Virus record (IMG/VR): IMGVR_UViG_2509276064_000002
Location: 9,471-73,470 of that record
Length of the DNA: 64,000 nucleotides
Origin: a virus
Lineage: Duplodnaviria > Caudoviricetes
Strand: one strand, 5' to 3'
Shown: in pieces, positions 1 to 8,345 of the stretch
Numbering within the stretch: position 1 is the first letter of the stretch
How the letters are laid out: the number at the start of each line of letters is the position of its first letter
The notes under the pieces: model-generated
Databases searched by the model: none
What the model was told of the DNA's origin: nothing
Seen by the model: only the letters and a program-made list of their open reading frames with translations
Translations under genes and position numbers: made by a program

Positions 1-103
1 GGTAGGGGGCAGATCCTACGCAGCCGAGAGTTCCACTACCAGCTTTTCGTGGCGGCCTTGAGTCGTTACTTCTGCATGGTAACTGGAGCTTTCGGCTCCT
101 ATC

Positions 104-124
104 TTTTCCACAGGCTGTGGATAA
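104..124. promoter_or_regulatory. Inverted pair of DnaA-box matches (TTTTCCACA-ggc-TGTGGATAA)
   Basis: Both 9-mers match TTWTNCACA; they overlap the start of the 117 ORF. Confidence 0.45.
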
Positions 125-917
125 CTCTATGACCAATCAAATACCCCTACCCGAACACCCGAAGCTTAAAGATCCAACCGTCAAGACGGTGGCCTTCGAA
201 ATGACATTCGTTAGTAAACAATCTGCAGAACAGGTTGTGTCTGAAATACAGAGGGCACTTAGCGCTGAATACCCAAAGATGGCGCAAAGATGGGGACATA
301 AAGTAGAAGCTTCCTTCGATCCCGAAGATCCTTCTACGCCTCAGTTCACAGCCTCTATTGCGACTCCTCCTCCTAACGAACCTCAGTTCAAATTCTACAG
401 CGACCAACATCAGCGAGAAGTACAGGTTGGGGAAGCATTTTTACAATTCTTGCTTGCGGGAGAATATCCTGGTTGGTCAGCCTTCTTGGTATACCTTAAA
501 AAAATTCTCAGTCTCCACCATCAAGCAGCTGAAACGATTGGATATACTTCTTTTAAATTAATTTATGTCAATCGAATAGATTGGTTTCCAGGAGCGGAGG
601 AGAAAATCCTTGAGGCTTGGACATTGCCTGTCCCTCCTCCATTATCCGATTCGGTTCAAGTGGATTCCAGACAGCAGCGGATCGTTATACAGTTCCCTGA
701 TGGAGATCAGGAGATAACTATTACTGCTCCAGGCGTAGATGATGAAGAACCTAGCAGACCTGTAATTCAGCTGGATATCGATCATCACATTGACTTCGAT
801 AAACCAGAACGGGCTCTACCGGACAACCTACTTGCTTGGCTTGAAATTGCACACGAACGGATACACCAAACATTTCGCTGTGCTCTACGACCAGATTTCT
901 TGGAGGCAATATCATGA
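117..917 (+). CDS. TIGR04255-family protein (start may be ATG 129)
   Basis: Family-like motifs LKDPTVKTVAFEMTF, YPGWSAF, LIYVNRID, QLDIDH, AHERIHQTF; ~260 aa; AT-richer than backbone. Confidence 0.75.
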   Translation: MDNSMTNQIPLPEHPKLKDPTVKTVAFEMTFVSKQSAEQVVSEIQRALSAEYPKMAQRWGHKVEASFDPEDPSTPQFTASIATPPPNEPQFKFYSDQHQREVQVGEAFLQFLLAGEYPGWSAFLVYLKKILSLHHQAAETIGYTSFKLIYVNRIDWFPGAEEKILEAWTLPVPPPLSDSVQVDSRQQRIVIQFPDGDQEITITAPGVDDEEPSRPVIQLDIDHHIDFDKPERALPDNLLAWLEIAHERIHQTFRCALRPDFLEAIS

Positions 918-1738
918 CACGCAGCTATCATGATTGGTCAGTCGTTAGCAATCGAGATGTTGTTCAAGGGATGGAATCAAATCGGCAATCAAGTAACAGA
1001 AAAGCCACAGGGACTCCGGTTAATATCCCTCTCAAGGGCAAACTAGGTCGTATTATCTTTAGAGGTAGCACAAATCCCACAGCCGACGCAATGGCCTTAG
1101 CTCTCAGGCTTGAGCAAGCTACACCACGAGTAATGATTGCAAAAGACGCAACCTGGGCACCTCATGTGTCATCAAAATCTCTAGATACTCGAAGTCGACT
1201 CTCTGAACCTAAGGTACGTGTAGCCGTGATGTATGGGAGCGCCATGAGAAGCGACTCGGGTACATATACTGAGTTTAATATTCGAGTTGGCAGGGTAACA
1301 GAAAAGCGTTCTCCAGATTTAGCAGCGCTAGCCGAAGCACGTCGAAGGCAGGACCAAGCCAAGAAAGAACAAGCTCGTGAAATCATTGAACAGTCTTCAT
1401 GGGGGCGTCCTTGCAAGGCCTTATATTTTGAACTAGGAGAACAACAGTCTTCTAAATTAATCGCTCTAATCCACTCCAACCACTTAGCCAACACAGAACT
1501 TACATACGCCCTAGAAGCAGCCGGCCAGTTTCACTCAACAAAACTAGTACGGTCTCTTTTGACTCCCTTCTTAACGCATGAAAAACCATATGTTCGCGAA
1601 GGCGCAGTATACGGACTTGGACAGCATCGCGGGGTACCAGAAATTCGCGAAATCCTTCAAAAGCAACACGCCCAGGAGACAAGCCCTGGTGTTCGTGAGG
1701 CCATTGAGGATGTTCTGGAAGGCGACTCTGACGATTAA
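914..1738 (+). CDS. HEAT-repeat-containing protein
   Basis: C-terminal LTHEKPYVREGAVYGLG and ETSPGVREAIEDVL; ATGA overlap with upstream gene. Confidence 0.65.
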   Translation: MTRSYHDWSVVSNRDVVQGMESNRQSSNRKATGTPVNIPLKGKLGRIIFRGSTNPTADAMALALRLEQATPRVMIAKDATWAPHVSSKSLDTRSRLSEPKVRVAVMYGSAMRSDSGTYTEFNIRVGRVTEKRSPDLAALAEARRRQDQAKKEQAREIIEQSSWGRPCKALYFELGEQQSSKLIALIHSNHLANTELTYALEAAGQFHSTKLVRSLLTPFLTHEKPYVREGAVYGLGQHRGVPEIREILQKQHAQETSPGVREAIEDVLEGDSDD

Positions 1739-2253
1739 TGACTGCCACCTCCGCCGTATTTCGTGTCATAGATCGCAAATCATGTCCTGAGGAGACCACC
1801 CCAGCTGAACTGGCAGAGTTGGTTTTTAAGGATCGTTATGGACATTACAATAACTTGTCAGTCTATCTGGTTAGCAAAGAGGACGACCTAATACTTCAGA
1901 TTGCCGCTGAACACCATGCCAAGGCTCCTCTTATGCCAAGCAATAGAGCTTTGGTCGATATATCTGACTTATTTAACGAAGAATGTCTACACTCACCCGA
2001 TGAAAACTGCCCCTTCTCTTTGTGGAATCAAGCGCACCATGAAATAATGTTTGCAGATACGGCACAAGCCGTTTTGCCATCGGCCTCTCTACTTTGTCCC
2101 ATACTAAAAAATAGATGGGTGGGCATCAGGGAAAAGCCGATGAAGCAATATGCTCGTACAAGATGGGCTAATAGAGATCCGGAGTGGCTGCAAGCGTGCA
2201 CAAATCCAAAAGTGGCAGAATGGGCTGCCTTACAGCCCAAACTATCACCATAG
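1738..2253 (+). CDS. Hypothetical protein, possible ART/RES-like fold
   Basis: TAATG coupling to upstream gene; VFRVI...LSVYL...AHHEI spacing recalls the R-S-E ART signature (inference). Confidence 0.5.
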   Translation: MTATSAVFRVIDRKSCPEETTPAELAELVFKDRYGHYNNLSVYLVSKEDDLILQIAAEHHAKAPLMPSNRALVDISDLFNEECLHSPDENCPFSLWNQAHHEIMFADTAQAVLPSASLLCPILKNRWVGIREKPMKQYARTRWANRDPEWLQACTNPKVAEWAALQPKLSP

Positions 2254-2318
2254 TCAAGTTGAGGCGTAATTTGTTCGTGCCTCTTCTACTTCTTCTCCAC
2301 CACCCCTTCTATCCCAGC

Positions 2319-2359
2319 AAAAAGGCCCCACCCGCCGCGAGGCAAGGTGGGGCCTTTTT
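2319..2359. terminator. Bidirectional intrinsic terminator
   Basis: aaaaaggccccac...gtggggccttttt between convergent genes. Confidence 0.8.
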
Positions 2360-2363
2360 CGTC

Positions 2364-3200
2364 TTAGGGCATGTTGGCAGGCATCGCCGCCGGACCTGGG
2401 ACCACACGAGTCCCGTCAAACTGGTAGGAGCGGTCAAAATAGACGACCTGGTAGGAGCGGTCATAACGGCTTCTTCTGGAAGTGACGTAACCGTAAGTCC
2501 CATTGACCGTCTGCTGTATCCGGCAGGTGGTCACGCCGTAGGGGAACGACGGGATGTTGAGGATTCTGAAGTCTTTACAGTCCGTGGCCGTTTTGAGGTA
2601 GGTATTGCTGTCGAAGCGGTAGCTCTCTGCGGCGAGGACGGCGTTACGCAACAGGGACTGGGCCACCAGGAGATTTGGGTAACGGTGGCGGTCCATGATG
2701 AAGCCGTCCTGAACATCGTCCCACAGAAGGGCCCCCGGAACGACCAGAAGAACGTGCCCTGCCCACCAGAGGACCTTGCGCCAGAGGACCACTTGGTACC
2801 GTGGATCATGTGTCCCCCATCGGCGATAGGCCTTGGTGTAACTGGGCAGCATCACGGCTGTGGAACCCAGAGCGATGCTTGACCACAGCGGCCAATCCTG
2901 CAAGGTCAGCCCCTGGAAAGCAAGGATGTCTGTGTCCTCCCAATACGCCCCCGTATAAGCCTCGTAGAGACTGGGGATCCATGGGAAGAGAAGGACGCTG
3001 ACGACACCCCAATAACCGATGATCCCGAAGAGCAGCCCCATCGCGCAGCCCCAGCGCATATGGGCTTTGTGGTGACCCAGCAGGGTGAAGCCTGCACCCG
3101 GGAAAAGCAGGTTTAGCAACACACCAGTGATATAGATCCACCTGGATTTCCGGGGTGGGCCTGCCGCTCCAATAGGGTCTTCCGATGTGGGGGCGGCCAT
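2364..3200 (-). CDS. Multi-TM membrane protein with C-terminal type IV pilin-like head domain
   Basis: Hydrophobic N-half; PNLLVAQSLLRNAVLAAESYRFDSNTY plus a Cys pair resembles Thermus/Deinococcus pilin heads; TAGACT 6 nt before ATG. Confidence 0.6.
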   Translation of the reverse strand: MAAPTSEDPIGAAGPPRKSRWIYITGVLLNLLFPGAGFTLLGHHKAHMRWGCAMGLLFGIIGYWGVVSVLLFPWIPSLYEAYTGAYWEDTDILAFQGLTLQDWPLWSSIALGSTAVMLPSYTKAYRRWGTHDPRYQVVLWRKVLWWAGHVLLVVPGALLWDDVQDGFIMDRHRYPNLLVAQSLLRNAVLAAESYRFDSNTYLKTATDCKDFRILNIPSFPYGVTTCRIQQTVNGTYGYVTSRRSRYDRSYQVVYFDRSYQFDGTRVVPGPAAMPANMP

Positions 3201-3246
3201 ACCCGCAGTCTATGGGGCCGTTCGTTTGGCGCGAGTTGTCCGTGCC

Positions 3247-3402
3247 TCAGCCTTCACAGCCCATCGCGCGGAGGATGTCCGTCATGCTGACAGCTGTTGT
3301 TGATGACAGACTTCTCACCTGAATGACGCTCACCTGGGGCGGGGTTTGTACCGTCACTTTCCGGCGTAACGCTGCCATCGCCTTGCTCAACTGCTGTCGC
3401 AT
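3247..3402 (-). CDS. Small protein ending DILRAMGCEG (alternative start GTG 3444)
   Basis: SD-like ggagagggg upstream; C-terminus shared with 6512-6709. Confidence 0.55.
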   Translation of the reverse strand: MRQQLSKAMAALRRKVTVQTPPQVSVIQVRSLSSTTAVSMTDILRAMGCEG

Positions 3403-3484
3403 ACATTCCCCCTCTCCTGCTTTGTTCTGTTCATTACATTGCACCCCTCCCCCTAACGGGGGCCTTACTGTGAAAAACCTACCT

Positions 3485-3501
3485 TTAAGGTTGAACCTTA
3501 A
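3485..3501. promoter_or_regulatory. Perfect 17-bp palindrome TTAAGGTT-G-AACCTTAA, putative operator
   Basis: Seen directly in the intergenic region upstream of the 3247 ORF. Confidence 0.45.
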
Positions 3502-3512
3502 GCTGTGCTGCG

Positions 3513-4034
3513 CTACTTCTTCTTGACCACTGCCCGGTACAGTGCCTCCAGTCCAGCCACGGCGCCAGCCTTGAGCGCCGGTGCGAACGGCCGGACCCAG
3601 ACGGGCAGCAGCGGCACACCGTACCGGTCGAACACCACGCCCAAGATCAGCACCACCAAGGCGTCGGCGCTCTTGCCTTTCACGAGGGGCGCACCGTCGC
3701 GCACGGCGAGGCTCACCACTCCGGCCACCGTGGTAGCGAGGGACAGGGCCTCGGGGAAGCTCAGCTTCCGGTCTCCGAGTGCGGCCTTGACCTGATCGAT
3801 GCCGCCCAGCACCTGGGGAAGCAGGCGCGTGAGCAGGGCGGCCAGGTCTCTGTCCCCGAGCGGTGCAGGCGGGAGAGGTGTGGGTGGCGGCACGAGTTTG
3901 GGCAGGGTTGGGATGCCCTCAGGGGTCCGCTGAGGCGTGATCGGCGCAAGAGGTGCGGAGAGAATGACAGTGCCCGCCTTGCGGCGGGCTTCGAGGATGG
4001 CCTTCACGAGGTCAGAACCGGGAGGCGGGGTCAT
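3513..4034 (-). CDS. Lysis-region protein, Pro-rich N-terminus, hydrophobic C-terminal helices
   Basis: Last gene of the lysis cluster; SD upstream. Confidence 0.6.
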   Translation of the reverse strand: MTPPPGSDLVKAILEARRKAGTVILSAPLAPITPQRTPEGIPTLPKLVPPPTPLPPAPLGDRDLAALLTRLLPQVLGGIDQVKAALGDRKLSFPEALSLATTVAGVVSLAVRDGAPLVKGKSADALVVLILGVVFDRYGVPLLPVWVRPFAPALKAGAVAGLEALYRAVVKKK

Positions 4035-4042
4035 GGGTGCTC

Positions 4043-4393
4043 CTAGTCGCGGGGTCGCAGATCGGGCAGGCTGCCCGTCTGGGGAATGGTCTGTGTGGGG
4101 GCGTCGCTCGGATCGACGGGCACCGGTGCCATGCCGTTGGCAGCGTTGGCGCGGTCAGCGGAGATGCCTCGGATCTGGTGGACGCCCAGCATGGAGACGC
4201 AGGCGGTCAGGATGAAGCTCGTGATCGCCTCATTGGGCGGCGGCTTCCCAGTGAAGTAGCTGTGAGCGTGCATGAACAGGATCACGTAGAAGCCTGTGGC
4301 GCCCGGCACGAGCGTGTAGAGCCCGCCCGTCGTGCCGGGCACGAGGACGCGCTGCAGCCGCTGAAGGGGTTTCTCAGGGGGCCGTCGTGACAT
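4043..4393 (-). CDS. Holin-like membrane protein (2 TM)
   Basis: Two hydrophobic segments; overlaps the end of the endolysin gene. Confidence 0.55.
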   Translation of the reverse strand: MSRRPPEKPLQRLQRVLVPGTTGGLYTLVPGATGFYVILFMHAHSYFTGKPPPNEAITSFILTACVSMLGVHQIRGISADRANAANGMAPVPVDPSDAPTQTIPQTGSLPDLRPRD

Positions 4394-5186
4394 ACAGCTT
4401 CTCTCCCACCTGTGTCTTCTTCACGACCTGGTGTGTGCCGCTGGGCAGCGTGATGGTGTCGCCTTCCAGCCGGGCTGTCGCGGGGTCCATCTGCCGCCCG
4501 TTCACCCACAACTGCTTCCAGGGGATCGACGGGTGGACGATGGCTTCCTGGCTGGCCAGCGCTTCCGCCTGCTCGCGCAGCATCGGCACCACTCGCCGGT
4601 ATCGGGCCAGACGGTCGTCGAAGCCGTTCTGCCCGCCGTTGATGCGCTGCGTGATCGTCACCATGTCTCCCGCGTCAGCCGCGGCGTTCAGCCCTCGGTC
4701 CGTCCAGAACAACCCACACACTTGGGCCGAGACACTGGCCTGCAGGATCAGGTTGGGGTTGCCTTCCAGGTCCAGCCCGATGCGCTGCCCGTAGGCGCGG
4801 TAGGCGTCCCGTCCGGTCAACTGGGGCCAGCCGCCGCCTCGGTACGCCCAGCCATCGTTGGGCCCCGTGTTGCCCATACGGCCGTTGTAGACCTTGTTCG
4901 CCAGTGCTTGCGGATTGCCAGCGTAGGGAGCGGCGCTCGCCACCGTAGGGAACCGGCGTGGCCAGGTCTGGCAGATGCGCGAGGCCTGGGAGTAGTTCAG
5001 GTTCTCGCGCACGCCCACGAACTCGCTCTCGTGCGCCCACTGGGCTACAAACATCCCCAGGCGCTCAGGGGTCTTGTTGATGCCGTGCCGCTCGAGCACC
5101 GGCAGCAGGGCGTTCACCACGCTCACCGGATCCGGGTTACGCGGCGCCACTGCGCGGATGTGCTCAGGGGTCAGCGTGAGGTTCAT
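4374..5186 (-). CDS. Endolysin, glycoside hydrolase family 19
   Basis: FVAQWAHES, ENLNYS, YRGGGWPQLTGRDAY, ITQRINGGQNG motifs; ATG 5186 overlaps upstream stop. Confidence 0.9.
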   Translation of the reverse strand: MNLTLTPEHIRAVAPRNPDPVSVVNALLPVLERHGINKTPERLGMFVAQWAHESEFVGVRENLNYSQASRICQTWPRRFPTVASAAPYAGNPQALANKVYNGRMGNTGPNDGWAYRGGGWPQLTGRDAYRAYGQRIGLDLEGNPNLILQASVSAQVCGLFWTDRGLNAAADAGDMVTITQRINGGQNGFDDRLARYRRVVPMLREQAEALASQEAIVHPSIPWKQLWVNGRQMDPATARLEGDTITLPSGTHQVVKKTQVGEKLYVTTAP

Positions 5187-5638
5187 ACGGTGCCTCCATC
5201 GGCCAGCTGGCGGGCCATGTCGCGCATTTGGCAGCCCTGAGTTCCGCACGTGGCCACCGCGGCCAGTTGGCTGTGCAGCTCGCCGTTCTCGCGGTTGAGG
5301 GCGTCCTTCTCTTGCTGCAGTTGCTGGATGGTGGCCGCCAGACGGAGGTTGTGGTGTTCTGCTGCCGCACCGTCTTTTTCCAGCAGGCGCACGCGGTCCT
5401 TGAGGGAGTCATTCTCCTTTTCGAGACTGTCGTTTTTCTGCTGTAACAGCGCGATTTTGGTTTCAGCGTCGGACAGGCTTTCTTCCAACTTATCGATGCG
5501 CTTCTCAAGCCGGTCAATGAGCGCCTGCTCGCTTGTTTTGGCGTTGCTCATCCGCACGTTGAGGAAGCCCAGGAAGCCCACCAGCACGGTTCCCACTGTG
5601 CCGATGGTGGCGGTCACCAGGGCGGGGTCAAGGGCCAT
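5183..5638 (-). CDS. N-terminal TM + long coiled-coil lysis accessory protein (spanin/holin-like)
   Basis: One TM, heptad-rich segment, C-terminal CGTQGC. Confidence 0.6.
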   Translation of the reverse strand: MALDPALVTATIGTVGTVLVGFLGFLNVRMSNAKTSEQALIDRLEKRIDKLEESLSDAETKIALLQQKNDSLEKENDSLKDRVRLLEKDGAAAEHHNLRLAATIQQLQQEKDALNRENGELHSQLAAVATCGTQGCQMRDMARQLADGGTV

Positions 5639-6056
5639 GCTGCTCCCCGGGTTCATTGATGCTTCTGGCCGCCAGGAGCTTGTAGACGATGATGATGGCC
5701 GTCCAGCCGTAGGTGGTTGTGCCGGTCAAGATCGTGCCTGAGCCGAGGACCAGGGAGACGATGACGCTAATCCAGAAGAAAAGCGCCAGGAGGTAGGCGA
5801 TGCGTCTGCCCGTGTCCGTGGCGCTGAGGACGAGGGTCAGGCCTGTGAGCACGGCCAGCCAGCCCCAGACCGCTTGGGGCATCCAGGCCATGCCACCGTA
5901 ACTTTTGCTGGTCTGGCTGTGGATCAAGTCGCCTTGCAGCAGGAAGACCAGGCCGAACCCGAGGGTGTGCCCTGCGATGAGCAGGCGCGCCAGGATGTGC
6001 CGGTCGTGCAGGTGGGTTTGAAAGCGCTTGGGCCAGGTGCGGAGTAATGAGGGCAT
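5628..6056 (-). CDS. 4-TM membrane protein (holin/antiholin-like)
   Basis: Four hydrophobic segments; first gene of lysis cluster; SD gaggtgg. Confidence 0.6.
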   Translation of the reverse strand: MPSLLRTWPKRFQTHLHDRHILARLLIAGHTLGFGLVFLLQGDLIHSQTSKSYGGMAWMPQAVWGWLAVLTGLTLVLSATDTGRRIAYLLALFFWISVIVSLVLGSGTILTGTTTYGWTAIIIVYKLLAARSINEPGEQHGP

Positions 6057-6195
6057 GGCCACCTCTTCTCCCGGCATGACGAACTGCCCAGGGGCCGGGG
6101 GGACCTGGGCAGGAGGAAGGCAGGGGCGCTGACTAAGTGTACAAATTACATTAAGAAGACATTAAAACGTAAGAAATTAAACACTAAGCTGAGGA

Positions 6196-6414
6196 ATGGA
6201 AATCCTTCAGTACAGCGACTTTGGCCTCGAACTGAGTGTAGGTGGAGAAACGGTTCGCGCGACACGACGGGTAGACCGTTACACGAAGCCGGGCAAGTGG
6301 CTCAAGCCCACAGAGTACGTTGAGATCTGGGAGCTTGAAGACGGCCGCCAGGTACGTGTGAGCCGCGGAGGTAAAGACATACGCTGGAGCGTGCGTTGGC
6401 GTCAATCCGCTTGA
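6196..6414 (+). CDS. Small accessory protein (moron), antisense to late genes
   Basis: AT-rich upstream region; TAAGCT 5 nt before ATG. Confidence 0.55.
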   Translation: MEILQYSDFGLELSVGGETVRATRRVDRYTKPGKWLKPTEYVEIWELEDGRQVRVSRGGKDIRWSVRWRQSA

Positions 6415-6432
6415 TTTCATTTCCTCCTAGCA

Positions 6433-6493
6433 AATGAGAACCCCACCGCGCCGGGGACGGTAGGGAATGAAAAACCCCCGCGCTGAGCGGGGG
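6433..6493 (-). terminator. Two stacked intrinsic terminators
   Basis: aatgagaa-cccc..gggg and aatgaaaaa-cccccgc..gcggggg hairpins with U-tracts on minus. Confidence 0.65.
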
Positions 6494-6511
6494 CAGTGGA
6501 TGTTCTGGGGA

Positions 6512-6709
6512 TTAACCTTCGCAGCCTAGAGCGCGGAGTACGTCATCGAAGTCGACGGAACGTTGCTGGGGTGGGTTTGCGGCAACGGGAGTTTGCGGTT
6601 CTTCCGGCATCTTCCACGACACCTTGAACGCCGGTTGTGCGGGCGTTACAGGCGCAGGAGCGCGAAACGCGGCGAACAGCCATTGGAAGGGGTTAGGCCG
6701 GAGAATCAT
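6512..6709 (-). CDS. Small protein ending DVLRALGCEG
   Basis: ATGA overlap with upstream 34-aa ORF; paralogous C-terminus to 3247-3402. Confidence 0.6.
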   Translation of the reverse strand: MILRPNPFQWLFAAFRAPAPVTPAQPAFKVSWKMPEEPQTPVAANPPQQRSVDFDDVLRALGCEG

Positions 6710-6810
6710 AAAGCCATGTTGCAAAACGAACCTCCGGGGCATATGGCACATCTATGAAGGTCTGCCTTGCCATTTCTTGTGCACACCCTTAGGTCTGGTG
6801 GTGTGTACAC
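6706..6810 (-). CDS. 34-aa Cys/His-rich small ORF (not in the ORF track)
   Basis: SD aggagggagg next to GTG; MYTPPDLRVCTRNGKADLHRCAICPGGSFCNMAL; stop overlaps next ATG. Confidence 0.45.
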   Translation of the reverse strand: MYTPPDLRVCTRNGKADLHRCAICPGGSFCNMAL

Positions 6811-6876
6811 CCTCCCTCCTGCTAATTCACTTCCGCCCAGGGCCGGGGCTTGAGCGGGGTGGAGAGAGCGATGGAA

Positions 6877-7161
6877 TTACTTTTTCTTGCCCTGGCCTTT
6901 CGTTGACTCGGGCGCAGCCATGATGCTCCACGGGTCCACATACGGCCGCCAGTCCGCAGGGAGGGCGTCCAATACCTGCACCTGAGGGTTGAGGTTGACC
7001 AGCTCGTCCACCTCGGCAGCAGTCCAGTCCGACTCCCAGGCGATGCGGCGTTGCTCCACACCCTCGGCCTCGCGCAGCGGTTCCGCGAGTACCATTCCCG
7101 AACCAAGCGTCTTGCCCATGAACTGCGCCTCGCGGTTGTCCTGCATCACGATCCAACTCAT
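6877..7161 (-). CDS. Hypothetical tail-region protein
   Basis: ATGA coupling to upstream gene. Confidence 0.6.
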   Translation of the reverse strand: MSWIVMQDNREAQFMGKTLGSGMVLAEPLREAEGVEQRRIAWESDWTAAEVDELVNLNPQVQVLDALPADWRPYVDPWSIMAAPESTKGQGKKK

Positions 7162-8345
7162 ATCGCCACCTGTAACCCTTTCGTCTGAATGAGAGTCTTC
7201 CGAATGCTGCGGACGGCACGGACGTACTCCGCGTCACTCAAGACGCGGTTCCAGATGGCGACGTAGTACAGGGGGCCACTCCAATAGGCGGTGCCACTGG
7301 AACCATTGCGCCCGATGTGTGTAGCCGTGCGGGTGGGGGGGGTTGCGATGGCGGTGGGTGTGCCGAAGGTGAGGTTCTGGATTGCCTGAATGCTGCTTCC
7401 CGTACACCGACTCCCCATGAAGAAGGGAGTCCCTGCGCCCAAGCTGCTGCCCGCTGTAGCAATCTTCTGCCCTGTATCGAAGGCGGTGGCTACGGTGGCA
7501 CCGCTCGAATGAACGCCCATGTATGTGGCGCCTGTATCCGTCCCGAGGGCCGCCCGAGTCGTCCCAATCGCCAAGGGGGCCCCTACTACGATCTTCGTCC
7601 AGGCGGTGCCAAGCGGGATGTTGGGCAGTACGGCGTAGTCATCCCCGCCAAAATCCAGACCGAGAGCTGTCCAACTTGGATCAGCACTGTCCGTCGCCGA
7701 GGCGCTGCTGCCGAGGGTGGCGGAGTTGGCGGGCCGTTCGTACGCCGCGCTGACCGTACTCCAGTACATCTCGGTGATTTGCAGAGAGGATGCGCCATCG
7801 CCCTGATAGGAGGTGTTCGCGCCTTCAAGCATCAGGAATTGAACGCTCCACGTTGTCGGAGACGCCGAAGAGGCCAGGGGGACTGCCTCAACATTGAGGC
7901 GGTACTCCCCTCCTCCGAGGTTCTCTACGCTGTACGCGGCTACACTCGAGGAGGGGGTGGCAACCCCCGTCGCCAGATCAACGGTAAGGGTTGGATTACT
8001 CCCCGCACCCCATATGGTCGTCCCCCCCGAGAGCTGAAAGCGAACGTTGCGGCTCCCAGTATTGCGCTTCACTCGTACACTCGTGTACTCCCGCACGCCT
8101 ACGGTGTGATTGACCGTGTACTGAGTGAGGTGCAAGTTATTGGTCGCATCCTCGGTGAGAACGGTCGTAGTTGCCGTAGCGTTACTGCGGGTAGCGTTTG
8201 AAGAAAGCAGGTTGGCTGCGGCCTGATTGCGCCCGTTCACGCTGCGGTCCAGCAGCGTCTGACCGCTGCCCTCCGAGAAGGTGTAAAGCGCCAGCAACCC
8301 CAAAATAGGTAAGACATCCGACTTCTTAAGTAGTGCCGGGTGCAT
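7158..8345 (-). CDS. LamG/concanavalin-like tail or receptor-binding protein
   Basis: YTFSEGSGQTLLDRS N-terminus, LDFGGDDYAV, WSGPLYYVAIWNRVLSDAE C-terminus. Confidence 0.7.
   Translation of the reverse strand: MHPALLKKSDVLPILGLLALYTFSEGSGQTLLDRSVNGRNQAAANLLSSNATRSNATATTTVLTEDATNNLHLTQYTVNHTVGVREYTSVRVKRNTGSRNVRFQLSGGTTIWGAGSNPTLTVDLATGVATPSSSVAAYSVENLGGGEYRLNVEAVPLASSASPTTWSVQFLMLEGANTSYQGDGASSLQITEMYWSTVSAAYERPANSATLGSSASATDSADPSWTALGLDFGGDDYAVLPNIPLGTAWTKIVVGAPLAIGTTRAALGTDTGATYMGVHSSGATVATAFDTGQKIATAGSSLGAGTPFFMGSRCTGSSIQAIQNLTFGTPTAIATPPTRTATHIGRNGSSGTAYWSGPLYYVAIWNRVLSDAEYVRAVRSIRKTLIQTKGLQVAI

Noticed and set aside
3080-3100. GFTL in the pilin-like protein as a prepilin cleavage site
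   Set aside because: Lacks Glu at +5 and lies within a hydrophobic LFPGAG membrane motif
6156-6172. RDRM-like half site (TTACGTTTTAA on minus) upstream of the 6196 gene
   Set aside because: Only one half matches the DdrO palindrome
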